Part shown: piece after piece, positions 1 to 9,108 of the stretch
Numbering within the stretch: position 1 is the stretch's first letter
Layout: the number at the start of each line of letters is the position of its first letter
Source of the DNA: Armatimonadota bacterium
GTDB lineage: Bacteria > Armatimonadota > UBA5829 > DTLH01
Direction: 5' to 3'
NCBI GenBank assembly: GCA_039680575.1
Contig: JBDKSP010000047.1
Coordinates: forward strand, 1-53,950
DNA length: 53,950 nt
Program-made: the position numbers and the translations under genes
Notes under the pieces: generated by a model
The model's input: only the letters and a program-made list of their open reading frames with translations
What the model was told of the DNA's origin: nothing
Database searches by the model: none

Positions 1-312
1 TGCAATATACCTACTACTTCTACAACCTTTTTAATAGTACCTAATTGTAATATATGTCACAAACTGTACTCGCAATTAATCCTTCGCATGCACTCTTAAC
101 GGAAATTATACTTGTGCGTTTGCCCTGTATGAAGGACCGGCCCACTACGCATATTGGTGGATGCCGATAGAAAAGCGGAAGCTGGCGCTTCCGCACTCCA
201 AAGAGATTGGCAGAGATTCGTAGCATAAGAGTAGATGTGTAAGTCTCCACCTTCCGCGTTTCCAATTATTCCGCGTCTCCGCGGTTCAGAAGCTGGAGCC
301 ATCCCCTGGTAC

Positions 313-416
313 AAAAAAAACCCCGCCGGACTATCGTCCAACGGGAGGAGGGTTTTATCCCTCCGTCGATTTTGCCACAACACTTTAGGAAGGAGAAAAA
401 GATGTTTTTTCTCTGG
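313..416 (-). ncRNA. Candidate sigma54-dependent small RNA (~100 nt)
   Basis: Lies downstream of a consensus sigma54 promoter; three hairpins, the last (CCCGTTGGAC-GATA-GTCCGGCGGG) followed by T8; no credible ORF; 5' end approximate. Confidence 0.55.
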
Positions 417-426
417 TAATAGGTTT

Positions 427-443
427 TGCAAGATTCGTGCCAA
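427..443 (-). promoter_or_regulatory. Sigma54 (-24/-12) promoter
   Basis: Minus strand reads TTGGCACGAATCTTGCA = TGGCAC-N5-TTGCA. Confidence 0.75.
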
Positions 444-547
444 TCCGCATATTTTTCTGAAAATTAGCTCAGCAATCTTGCAGGGTATTGTGATGGGTTG
501 TTACACATGTTATCGGCAGTATAAAAGGAGTTCATTAGCCCGTTTTA

Positions 548-2017
548 TCACATAACCAGCAGCAAATATATAAAGAGAAAAATAACGCTGTTGTGGATCG
601 CGTGCGCGACCATCGACGGAACGAGTGAGCGGCGGGTCTCGAACAACAAAGCGAAGACTGAAGCTATGGCAAATATCGGCAGAAATCCTCCAGGAAACGG
701 GTGGATAATCGCAAAAGCCGCTGATGCCAGGATTAGGGCTCCTGCTATACCCATCCGCGCGCGAAGAGCGTTATATAGTGTACCCCTGAAGAATATCTCT
801 TCGAAAAACGGAGCGAGCACTGAGCCAAGCAGTATAACGACAAAAACCACAGCGGTGTTCCCGGACAGGAATAACGGCACTACCTCGTTTACGGGCGTCT
901 CGACTCCACGGAAGAATATTCTGGAGAGGATACTCCACACTAATCCTGCAACCAGGAGCAATGGCAGCATTGAGCAGTAACCGGCAACTCCCCAGAGGAT
1001 ATTCACCGGAAGTTCGCGCAGGGTAAGCCCTATAACCGCCAGCTTGCTGCCCTGCCGTCTTAACAGATGGTACAACACTCCGAGGCCGATCAGACCGCTT
1101 GCAACACTGAGCCCGAACTCCAGAATTACTATATAAAGGACCCTGGAATCAGACGGCATCTTCTCCAAAGAAGAAAACGAAAATACACTGACAATTAACC
1201 CCAGCGCAATCATAGAAAGTAAATAGGCAATAAAGCCCGTAAACAGTGCTTTGGACAGGGGTGCCTTATCTACTGGTTCCTCCGCAGGGCGCTCAAGCCA
1301 TTTGCGCCGGTTCACAATAAACAGAATGATGAAAACTACTCCGGCGAGTCCGGCGAGGAAAATCGCTAAAAGCAACCCACCCGTAGCCATAAACGACACA
1401 GCGGCTCGATTCTTGCCTTCGGAGATAGCCTGGCGGGCGCGGTCGAACTGCTCGACACGGTTGAACAGATGCTCCAGCGCAAACGCCCTTGCAGGTCCGA
1501 GGTTCAGCTCGTTTATCCTCTTTGCGTATTCATCGGCTTTCCTTGCGGTCAATTCCCCCGCGTATATGTCGCGCCACATGGCAGCTTCGCTGCGCAGCTT
1601 TCGGACATCCTGCGGAAGAAGGCCTTTCAGCGTTGCCGGAGCCGCCAATTTGTCCAAATACTCGACTGCGCCCTCCCTATGAAGCTCATAGTACATAACA
1701 CCAGCACGGCGGATAGCAGCAGGGCTGGGGCGCTTTGCCGCTTTTTGGTAAAAAGCGAACGCCAGAGGAAGCATCTGACCGGATTCCTTGGTACTGGAAA
1801 ATGTGACTCTCTTATCTATCGCGTATTGGGTGTAGAAATAGAGTTTGACCTGAAGATCGCCGTAGAAGATGTCGGACATGCTTTCTTCCGTCTGTTGAGT
1901 GCTCGAAGCATCTTCACCTCCGCGCTGAGACCATAGAAATATGAAAAGAATCAATACCAAAGCTGCTATGGCGTATCTAAGCCAGACATTTTCCCGGTTT
2001 TCGGTGTTAAATTCCAT
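548..2017 (-). CDS. CPBP (CAAX/Abi) family intramembrane glutamic endopeptidase with large N-terminal soluble domain
   Basis: C-terminal EEIFFRG, FAIIH and HAIHN motifs; multiple TM segments. Confidence 0.9.
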   Translation of the reverse strand: MEFNTENRENVWLRYAIAALVLILFIFLWSQRGGEDASSTQQTEESMSDIFYGDLQVKLYFYTQYAIDKRVTFSSTKESGQMLPLAFAFYQKAAKRPSPAAIRRAGVMYYELHREGAVEYLDKLAAPATLKGLLPQDVRKLRSEAAMWRDIYAGELTARKADEYAKRINELNLGPARAFALEHLFNRVEQFDRARQAISEGKNRAAVSFMATGGLLLAIFLAGLAGVVFIILFIVNRRKWLERPAEEPVDKAPLSKALFTGFIAYLLSMIALGLIVSVFSFSSLEKMPSDSRVLYIVILEFGLSVASGLIGLGVLYHLLRRQGSKLAVIGLTLRELPVNILWGVAGYCSMLPLLLVAGLVWSILSRIFFRGVETPVNEVVPLFLSGNTAVVFVVILLGSVLAPFFEEIFFRGTLYNALRARMGIAGALILASAAFAIIHPFPGGFLPIFAIASVFALLFETRRSLVPSMVAHAIHNSVIFLFIYLLLVM

Positions 2018-2041
2018 GTCACTCCATTGAGATTAAATGAT

Positions 2042-2299
2042 TCACTGTATGATGCGCAGAAGTATGGAGATCGTAACAATAGCCAGGATCGGCGAAAGAT
2101 CGACGTAGGCATCGCCCATCCTCTGCGGCGGCAGTATTTTTCTGAAGATATTAAGTACCGGCCTCGTAATTCGCCGGATGAAGACGACAATCGGGTGATA
2201 GCTCGGGATCGAGGGTATCCAGGACAGTATCGCGTCGATGAATATCAGCCACAGCAGAATCTGCAGTGCCAGTGCTACCAACCGGATCACAAGAGACAT
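2042..2299 (-). CDS. yggT: YggT family membrane protein
   Basis: ILSW..P..ITRPVL..FR..LPP..DLSPI pattern; yggS-sepF-proC-yggT context. Confidence 0.9.
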   Translation of the reverse strand: MSLVIRLVALALQILLWLIFIDAILSWIPSIPSYHPIVVFIRRITRPVLNIFRKILPPQRMGDAYVDLSPILAIVTISILLRIIQ

Positions 2300-2316
2300 C
2301 AGGTAACTCCTTCACG

Positions 2317-3123
2317 CTACGACGAACGTGAGCGGTCCACAGAGGCTTCCACTGCATCATATACCGCAGCACGAAACGCAGTCTTCTCCAATGCGGCGAT
2401 CCCTGCTATAGTGGTTCCTCCAGGGCTCGCTACCGCGTCCCGCAGCTGCGCAGGATGCTTACCTGTATCTATAACCATTTTCGCCGCGCCGAAAACCGTC
2501 TGGGCGGCAAGCGCGGTGGCTTGCTGGCGCGTAAGCCCAGCTCGGACACCTGCATCCGCAAGCGTTTCGATAAAAACATATACATACGCAGGCCCGCTGC
2601 CGGAGAGTCCCGTCACAGCATCCATAAGACGCTCAGGTACCTCTATCACTTTACCGACTGCTCTGAATATACTTTCGGCCCGCTCGATGTTCGCGTCGCT
2701 TGCATTTTTGCCCCGGCTTATGGCGACAGCTCCGGCCATTACCGCGCATGGGGTATTCGGCATTGCCCTTACGACCGGCACGCCAGCCCTCAGCTTCGAC
2801 TCGACCTGCGCAGTGCCGACTCCGGCGGCTATGGAAATTACAACCTGCTCGGTCGTAACATAGCCGGAAATCTCTTCGAGGACCTTTGGCAATATAGCCG
2901 GTTTCACAGCGAGTATGATTATGCCGCACTTCGACGCAGCTTCGACGCTTCCGGCGGACTCGACTCCGGTCGCTTCCGAAAATATTCTGAGCCGTTCTTT
3001 GTCTATATCCGCTGCGACAATATCCTGCGGTGCGTATACATGAGCCATGAGCAGGCCGCGGGCGAGCGCCTGTCCCATCGCGCCCGCCCCGATTATTGCA
3101 AGCCTTCGCGTTATTTCAGGCAT
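2317..3123 (-). CDS. proC: Pyrroline-5-carboxylate reductase
   Basis: GAGAMG Rossmann motif, RAMPNTP, GSGPAY, SPGGTT. Confidence 0.97.
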   Translation of the reverse strand: MPEITRRLAIIGAGAMGQALARGLLMAHVYAPQDIVAADIDKERLRIFSEATGVESAGSVEAASKCGIIILAVKPAILPKVLEEISGYVTTEQVVISIAAGVGTAQVESKLRAGVPVVRAMPNTPCAVMAGAVAISRGKNASDANIERAESIFRAVGKVIEVPERLMDAVTGLSGSGPAYVYVFIETLADAGVRAGLTRQQATALAAQTVFGAAKMVIDTGKHPAQLRDAVASPGGTTIAGIAALEKTAFRAAVYDAVEASVDRSRSS

Positions 3124-3132
3124 TGTCTTATC

Positions 3133-3576
3133 CTACGCACCCATAAAGGGGTTTCTCACTGTGGAATCGTTGTTGTTTTCCACATCTATCTGATAATTGG
3201 CCGGAGTGAACAGGTACACCCGATCGCCGATCTTCTCCACATAACCATCAAGGGCATATGTGACGCCGTTTAAAAAGTCTATGACTCTTCCGCAGATCTC
3301 GGGGCTTGCTTTTTCGAGGTTTACGATCTGCTGATGACCGGCTTTCAGCCCATCCGCTGCTTCCTGAGCGTTATCAAGTGATTGAATGGACTTCCAGACA
3401 GAGATGTGATGCATCCTGGATGGATGGAGCCTAAGCGTTACAGGACGCCGGGTTCCACCGGGATCGTCCAGCATTTCATCGAACTCATCGTACTCTCCAA
3501 GCCCGACGCGCTCTTTTAACTTGGTCCAAAAACCTCTAGGCTGTTCTTCGTAATCGTCCAAAGGTGCGGTTGTCAT
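3133..3576 (-). CDS. sepF: Cell division protein SepF
   Basis: IVNLE...RVIDFLNGVTYALDG..EKI...YLFTP. Confidence 0.92.
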   Translation of the reverse strand: MTTAPLDDYEEQPRGFWTKLKERVGLGEYDEFDEMLDDPGGTRRPVTLRLHPSRMHHISVWKSIQSLDNAQEAADGLKAGHQQIVNLEKASPEICGRVIDFLNGVTYALDGYVEKIGDRVYLFTPANYQIDVENNNDSTVRNPFMGA

Positions 3577-3681
3577 GTATGTACCCTCCCATTTCTGGTA
3601 ATGTGCCGGTCATGGTTGGGTGTTGGGCGGCCACTCCTTGCCTGACATCAGACACTTGCGCTTGTTCCCCAAAGGGATTGC

Positions 3682-4359
3682 TCAGGCTCTCGGGCCGAAT
3701 ATAGCGGAACCGATACGAACCATATTCGAACCTTCTTCTATGGCTATTTCGAAATCGTGACTCATACCCATAGAAAGCCATTGCCGCTGCTCATCCGTCA
3801 GCTTGTCCCAAAGTCCTTTAAGACGGGCAAAATAGGGTCTTGTTTCCTCAGGATCGGCTACGAACGGAGCCATTCCCATTAACCCCTGCAACCTGATGCC
3901 AGAAACCTCCGCGATCTCTCCGGCAAAATCCAACGCGTCCTCCGGAGACACGCCGTACTTTGTTTCTCCCCCGGATATATTGACCTCGACCAGTATATCT
4001 TGAACTATTCCGCGAGCTTCGGCTCGCTTGCCTATCTCCACTGCAAGGGGCAGGTTATCCACACTTTGGATGGTCGAAAATACTCCGACCGCCTGCCTTG
4101 CCTTGTTCTTCTGGAGATGACCGATAAAGTGCCAACGAACATCCGAAGGCTCTATGGCCTCCCATTTTTCGATGGCCTCCTGGACATAGTTCTCGCCAAG
4201 GTCTTTTGCGCCTGCGGATAGGGCTTCACGAATCCTCGGAACGTCGATAGTCTTTGTCACCGTTACAAGAGTGACATCCTCCGGCTTGCGGCCCGATTTT
4301 CGGGCTGCTTCCGCGATCCGTCCGCGCACTACCGCCAGGTTTTCTGCTACTGTTGCCAC
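3682..4359 (-). CDS. yggS: YggS/PROSC PLP homeostasis protein
   Basis: VTKT, GENYVQE, WHFIGHLQ.NK, LSMGMSHDF, VRIGSAIFG; start placed at GTG 4359 rather than 4401. Confidence 0.93.
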   Translation of the reverse strand: MATVAENLAVVRGRIAEAARKSGRKPEDVTLVTVTKTIDVPRIREALSAGAKDLGENYVQEAIEKWEAIEPSDVRWHFIGHLQKNKARQAVGVFSTIQSVDNLPLAVEIGKRAEARGIVQDILVEVNISGGETKYGVSPEDALDFAGEIAEVSGIRLQGLMGMAPFVADPEETRPYFARLKGLWDKLTDEQRQWLSMGMSHDFEIAIEEGSNMVRIGSAIFGPRA

Positions 4360-4559
4360 AATATGTCTACCCGCCACAGGCCAGGTAACGCATGATTGCA
4401 CGTAAAACCATTACGTGTCAAGGGTTTTGTCAAAAATTTATGCATGCGCCCTGCCTGCCATCTGATGTTTTACCCTTGAATATTTATCTTTTACAAGGCG
4501 CTTACGATGTGATATTGTTCTATTAATTCAATCCAACCGAGGAGGCAAAAGATCCGTAA

Positions 4560-5765
4560 ATGAACAGCGAGATAATAATCGCCGGAGGAGGAGCACGAGG
4601 ACTGTACTTCGCCCAAATGCTGCATCAGGTGCACGGTAGAAAAGTTGCCGCGATAGCCGATACATACCTGGAAGGGCACAAGATAATCACTCACCGGCTG
4701 GCTGAGTTTAAGACGCCTGATACCAAAGTGTTTCAGACCATCGATGAAGCTCTTTCATCCATTCCACGCACTCAAGCGAATATCGTCTTTGTGATGACAC
4801 CGGAGTGGACTCATCTGGATATCTTCAGAAAAACAGTCGGATCCGATTGCCATGTGTTCCTCGAAAAGCCACTTGCGACCACTCGCGAGGATGTCCTCGA
4901 AATACTGAAAATAGCACGCAGTACAGACAAGACCATCCAGGTAGGTTTCGTGCTGAGGTATTCGCTGTTTTATAAAAAGATAAAATCCATCATCGACTCA
5001 GGGGTTCTCGGAAGACTGGTCATGATACAGATGAACGAGCGCCTCGGTCTGCAGCATGGGACGGCATTCAAGCGGCTCTGGCATCGTAAGCAAGAGTATA
5101 CCGGGGGCTTCATGAACGAAAAGTGCTGCCATGACCTCGATCTTATGTGCTGGTTCAAAGAAAGCCAATCTTTGCCTGAGCGGGTGTGGTCCTACGGCGG
5201 GCAGCACTTCTGCAAGGGTCGCAGCACTCCTCCTGCGTGTATGGATTGCGATCTTGCAGCCTGCCCATGGAGGTATCAGGGAACTGAAACATTGAAGTGC
5301 ATAGATGGGAATTACTTGATGGATAAAACATCCGCGAAAGCAGGCAGGTGCGTCTTCCATTCAGATTCGGATGTTATGGACCATCAGACGGTCAATATCG
5401 TATTCGGCGATGGGACTCAGAGCATTTTATGTGTATCTACCATGAGTTCTGATCCCGGCAGGGACATTACGATCCACGGGACAGACGGCTACCTTCATGG
5501 TGAGCTGGAAAAAGGTGTTTTGAGTTTGCGGAACTACTGGAAAGAAGATACGGAAGAGATAAATCTGAACCAGACAGACGCGCATGGCGGAGGGGATGAG
5601 ACCATAGTAAAATCATTCCTTGATAGCGTGGACTCAAAGATCAAGCCTTTGGCGACGGTAGAAGCGGGAGTGCGCGCGAGCTTGATAGCGTTCGCCGCAG
5701 ACGACAGCGTCAGAACAAATGCCCCTGTCCAGCTTGATTTCAACATAGGAGCAAATTTAGCATAA
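4560..5765 (+). CDS. Gfo/Idh/MocA family oxidoreductase
   Basis: GGGARG, EKPLA, EKCCHDLD, HGGGD motifs. Confidence 0.9.
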   Translation: MNSEIIIAGGGARGLYFAQMLHQVHGRKVAAIADTYLEGHKIITHRLAEFKTPDTKVFQTIDEALSSIPRTQANIVFVMTPEWTHLDIFRKTVGSDCHVFLEKPLATTREDVLEILKIARSTDKTIQVGFVLRYSLFYKKIKSIIDSGVLGRLVMIQMNERLGLQHGTAFKRLWHRKQEYTGGFMNEKCCHDLDLMCWFKESQSLPERVWSYGGQHFCKGRSTPPACMDCDLAACPWRYQGTETLKCIDGNYLMDKTSAKAGRCVFHSDSDVMDHQTVNIVFGDGTQSILCVSTMSSDPGRDITIHGTDGYLHGELEKGVLSLRNYWKEDTEEINLNQTDAHGGGDETIVKSFLDSVDSKIKPLATVEAGVRASLIAFAADDSVRTNAPVQLDFNIGANLA

Positions 5766-5766
5766 G

Positions 5767-8067
5767 ATGAATAGCGACACATTATGGCTGGCGGAACCGG
5801 CAAAAAGATGGATCGATGCTTTCCCGATAGGGAACGGCAGCATCGGCGCGATGGTGTTCGGGGGAACGGACACCGAACGGCTCGCACTAAACCATGAAAA
5901 CCTCTGGAGGGGTGTTACGAAAGACCGCGCGGTCGAACCTAAACACCAGTATCTCCCCGAAATCCGGGAAAAACTCCTTGCAGGTAAATGGATCGAAGGC
6001 GCAGAGCTTGCTACAAAGCATTTGAGCGGGCATGAACGGCAGGTGCAGCCTTATCAGCCCGCCGGAGACCTCCGCCTGCACTTTGCGGACCACACAAACG
6101 TGGAAAACTACGGCAGAACGCTCGATCTCTCCACTGCGACAGCCGAAGTAAGCTACCGCGCGGGCGATGTGACCTACAAGCGCGAAACATTCGTGTCTGC
6201 AGTCGATGGAGTCATAGTCACAAGGATTGCAGCCGACAAACCCGGTGCAATTGATACAAATATCGAACTTGGGCGAGTAGATGACCCCGAATGTGAACTC
6301 AAGCCCTGGGTAAAACCGGACAGCTTCGGCTTCGCAGGCAAGTTCATCGAAGGTATAGAGTTCGCGGTCGAGACCAGGGTCTATTCATCAGGCGGGAAAG
6401 CTACCCCAGGCAGCAGCGCAGGTATCCATGTGTCCGGCGCGGATGAACTGATCCTTGTGACTGCCATAGCCGTCGATTACAACCAACCTGAACCTGCAAA
6501 ATGGTGTTCGGAACATCTGAACGAAGTTTCCGCGGATTTCAATACTCTGAAAGAACGGCATATTGCCGAGTACAAGCCGCTCTACGACAGGGTGAGCTTT
6601 AACCTTGCCGCAAATGAAGAAGCGGAGAAGCTGCCTCTCGATGAGCGGCTGGACAGCCTCAGGAAAGGCGGAAACGATCCGGGGCTATTCCCGCTTTATT
6701 TCAACTATGGACGATATCTGCTCCTCTCCAGCTCGCGGAAGTGCGACCAGCCCGCCAACCTGCAGGGCATCTGGAACGACGACATCCGGCCGCCGTGGGA
6801 CTGTGACATCCACAACGACATAAATGTCGAGATGAACTACTGGCCTGCCGAGGTGTGTAATATTCCCGAATGTACCGAGCCGCTTTTCAAATACATGGAG
6901 CGGTGCGTCTCCGAAGGGACCAAGATCACGAAGAACCTCTACGGCTGCCGGGGTGTATGTTTTTGCATCCAGACGGATATTTGGGGTCGACCTACCCCGG
7001 AAGCGCCCGGTTGGGATGTCTGGACCGGCGCGGCGGCGTGGCTTTCGGAGCATCTCTGGTGGCGGTACGAGTACTCGCTCGATGAAAAGCTCCTGAAAGA
7101 CAGGGTTTACCCGTTCCTCAAGCTGTGCGCTGAGTTCTACGAGGACTATCTGGTCAAGGATTCACTCGGAAGGCTCGTTACCGTCCCATCGCAGTCGCCT
7201 GAGAACTACTTCGTCGGCGGCGCGACGCCGGTCAGCCTGTGCGTCGGCGCAACGATGGACTTTCTTCTCATCCGCGAGGTGATGGAGCGCTGCATCAAGG
7301 CGAGCGAGATACTCGGCATCGACGAAGGCCTGCGTTTGAAGTGGCATGAGATACTAAACGGCATCCCGCTGTTTCAGGCCGGCAAATTCGGGCAGCTTCA
7401 GGAGTGGCTGGACGACCATGAGGAAGCCGAGCCGGGCCACAGGCATGTGTCGCATCTCATAGGCGTTTATCCCGGAGAGCAGATGACCCCGGAAGCACTG
7501 CTGGAGATGTATAAAGCGGCCAGAGTGTCGCTCGAACGGAGGCTTGCGGCCGGAGGCGGCCACACCGGGTGGAGCAGGTCGTGGGTCTGCGCGCTCTGGG
7601 CGAGATTTTTCGAAGGTGAGCTTGCCTACGAGCACCTTGTCTGCCTGATTACGGATTTTGCGACGAAGAGCCTGCTGGACACCCATCCGATGAACAACGA
7701 ATGGGGCTATGTCTTCCAGATAGACGGGAACTTCGGCGGGACGGCGGCCATCGCGGAGCTTTTGATGCAGAGTTATGGCGGGACTATCCGCCTGCTGCCC
7801 GCACTTCCTTCCAAATGGAGAACCGGTTCAGTGAAAGGACTGCGAGCAAAAGGCGGGTTCACAGTGGATCTGGATTGGAAAGACGGAGCACTCACCGAAG
7901 CCCGGATCACAAGCGATTTCGGAAAACCATGCAGGATAATCTACCACGGCAGCGCGCTCTCCGTGACCAGCGATGGGACGGAGTTGACTGTAGAACGCGA
8001 CGCCAATGGCGGATTCACCTTCCCCACCCTCCCTGGCCAGACGGTAGTGATGAAGGCAGGGAAGTAG
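5767..8067 (+). CDS. Glycoside hydrolase family 95 (alpha-L-fucosidase-like)
   Basis: PIGNG.IGAMVFGG, NLQGIWN, NVEMNYW, SPEN, HRHVSHL, FQIDGNFGGTA. Confidence 0.93.
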   Translation: MNSDTLWLAEPAKRWIDAFPIGNGSIGAMVFGGTDTERLALNHENLWRGVTKDRAVEPKHQYLPEIREKLLAGKWIEGAELATKHLSGHERQVQPYQPAGDLRLHFADHTNVENYGRTLDLSTATAEVSYRAGDVTYKRETFVSAVDGVIVTRIAADKPGAIDTNIELGRVDDPECELKPWVKPDSFGFAGKFIEGIEFAVETRVYSSGGKATPGSSAGIHVSGADELILVTAIAVDYNQPEPAKWCSEHLNEVSADFNTLKERHIAEYKPLYDRVSFNLAANEEAEKLPLDERLDSLRKGGNDPGLFPLYFNYGRYLLLSSSRKCDQPANLQGIWNDDIRPPWDCDIHNDINVEMNYWPAEVCNIPECTEPLFKYMERCVSEGTKITKNLYGCRGVCFCIQTDIWGRPTPEAPGWDVWTGAAAWLSEHLWWRYEYSLDEKLLKDRVYPFLKLCAEFYEDYLVKDSLGRLVTVPSQSPENYFVGGATPVSLCVGATMDFLLIREVMERCIKASEILGIDEGLRLKWHEILNGIPLFQAGKFGQLQEWLDDHEEAEPGHRHVSHLIGVYPGEQMTPEALLEMYKAARVSLERRLAAGGGHTGWSRSWVCALWARFFEGELAYEHLVCLITDFATKSLLDTHPMNNEWGYVFQIDGNFGGTAAIAELLMQSYGGTIRLLPALPSKWRTGSVKGLRAKGGFTVDLDWKDGALTEARITSDFGKPCRIIYHGSALSVTSDGTELTVERDANGGFTFPTLPGQTVVMKAGK

Positions 8068-8074
8068 TATACAG

Positions 8075-8100
8075 GAACGGGAGCGGATTTCCCGTTCTTT
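8075..8100 (+). terminator. Intrinsic terminator after GH95 gene
   Basis: GAACGGGA-GCGGATT-TCCCGTTC-TTT. Confidence 0.55.
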
Positions 8101-8141
8101 CAAGGTTGACATATAAAACATATACGAATAGGAGCATTTCA

Positions 8142-8678
8142 ATGAAAGTAATCGGTATTCTCTGCAGCCCGAGAAGAGGCGCGAACTCTGATACGATGGT
8201 AGCTGCCGCGCTCGACGGTGCAGCAGAAAAGGGAGCGGAGACAAAGACTTTTGCTATAAACGATATGAGCATCAAAGGCTGCCAGGCGTGCATGTACTGC
8301 CGCACGCATGACGGCTGCGCGGTGCAGGATGATATGCAGCAGATACACGCGGAACTTGCCACAGCCGATGCTGTCGTAATAGGCGCGCCTGTGTATATGT
8401 GGCAGTTCTCGGCCCAGGCAAAGATCTTCCTGGACAGGCTTTATGCGTATCTGAACCCGGATTTCACTTTCAAAATGCAGAAACCGGCGCTCGTGCTCGT
8501 AAGCCAGGGGAACGATAACCCGGAAATGTTCATGGACTCGCTGAAGAAGACGGGCTTTATCGGCCTTTCCGTCAAAGATATGATAGTCGCCGCCAACGCG
8601 AAGGAAAAAGACTTCGTAAGCAAACAGCCCGAGCTGCTGGAGCGGATTAAGCAGGCCGGAGCGCGGCTGGTGGGGTAG
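8142..8678 (+). CDS. Flavodoxin family / iron-sulfur flavoprotein (NADPH-dependent FMN reductase-like)
   Basis: SPRRGANS, C-x2-C-x2-C-x5-C, PVY motif; GGAG RBS before ATG 8142 (the track's 7701 start overlaps GH95). Confidence 0.9.
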   Translation: MKVIGILCSPRRGANSDTMVAAALDGAAEKGAETKTFAINDMSIKGCQACMYCRTHDGCAVQDDMQQIHAELATADAVVIGAPVYMWQFSAQAKIFLDRLYAYLNPDFTFKMQKPALVLVSQGNDNPEMFMDSLKKTGFIGLSVKDMIVAANAKEKDFVSKQPELLERIKQAGARLVG

Positions 8679-8689
8679 ATAACGTTGAT

Positions 8690-9014
8690 AGACCGAGGGA
8701 TCCATGCCTCGGTCTGAATTCTCCCGGGCATCCATGCCCTGCACATAATTGAAAGTGGAGTCTTTCGCTAGTTCCTCCACAGGAAACAATGACGTTGGCA
8801 AATCGATTCCGTGTCCAAGAGAATAATTTTCCTTATTTCATTACGAGTGCAGTTACATATTAGCTGCCATGCATGTGGAAATACTCCTGTGCAGGATTTT
8901 ATTATAAAGAAGAGGAGCCGGTTATTCCGGTCAGTCCTCTGATGTGGTAGATTGGTTAAGGGCATGGATGCCCAGGAGAATAAGGCTCGGGGCATGGATC
9001 CCCCGAGCCATCAG
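8690..9014 (+). mobile_element. Non-autonomous RAYT-derived element, family A (inverted REP doublets flanking an internally deleted transposase)
   Basis: GGATCCATGCC/GGGCATCCATGCCC hairpins at 8690-8740 and their reverse complements at 8960-9009 around a RAYT remnant. Confidence 0.7.
8789..8950 (+). pseudogene. Internally deleted REP-associated tyrosine transposase (RAYT) remnant
   Basis: MTLANRFRVQENNFPYFITSAVTY*LP (RAYT-like N-terminus with W->TAG) fused in frame to WKYSCAGFYYKEEEPVIPVSPLMW* (RAYT-like C-terminus); HUH core missing. Confidence 0.7.
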
Positions 9015-9073
9015 CAACGCGAAAGAAAAAGACTTTGTAAGCAAGCAGGCTGGAGCGCGGCTGGTGGGTTGAT
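9015..9073 (+). repeat. Diverged second copy of the flavodoxin gene 3' end
   Basis: Matches 8594-8680 with a 27-nt in-frame deletion and synonymous substitutions. Confidence 0.85.
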
Positions 9074-9108
9074 GTTTTACTATAAGTATGAATTAAGGGG
9101 GGATAACT

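Noticed and set aside
41..555. ORFs 41-265, 96-443 and 235-555
   Set aside because: They run through REP palindromes, a terminator and a sigma54 promoter; no protein-like features
7701..8141. N-terminal extension of the flavodoxin ORF
   Set aside because: Overlaps GH95 and its terminator; RBS supports ATG 8142
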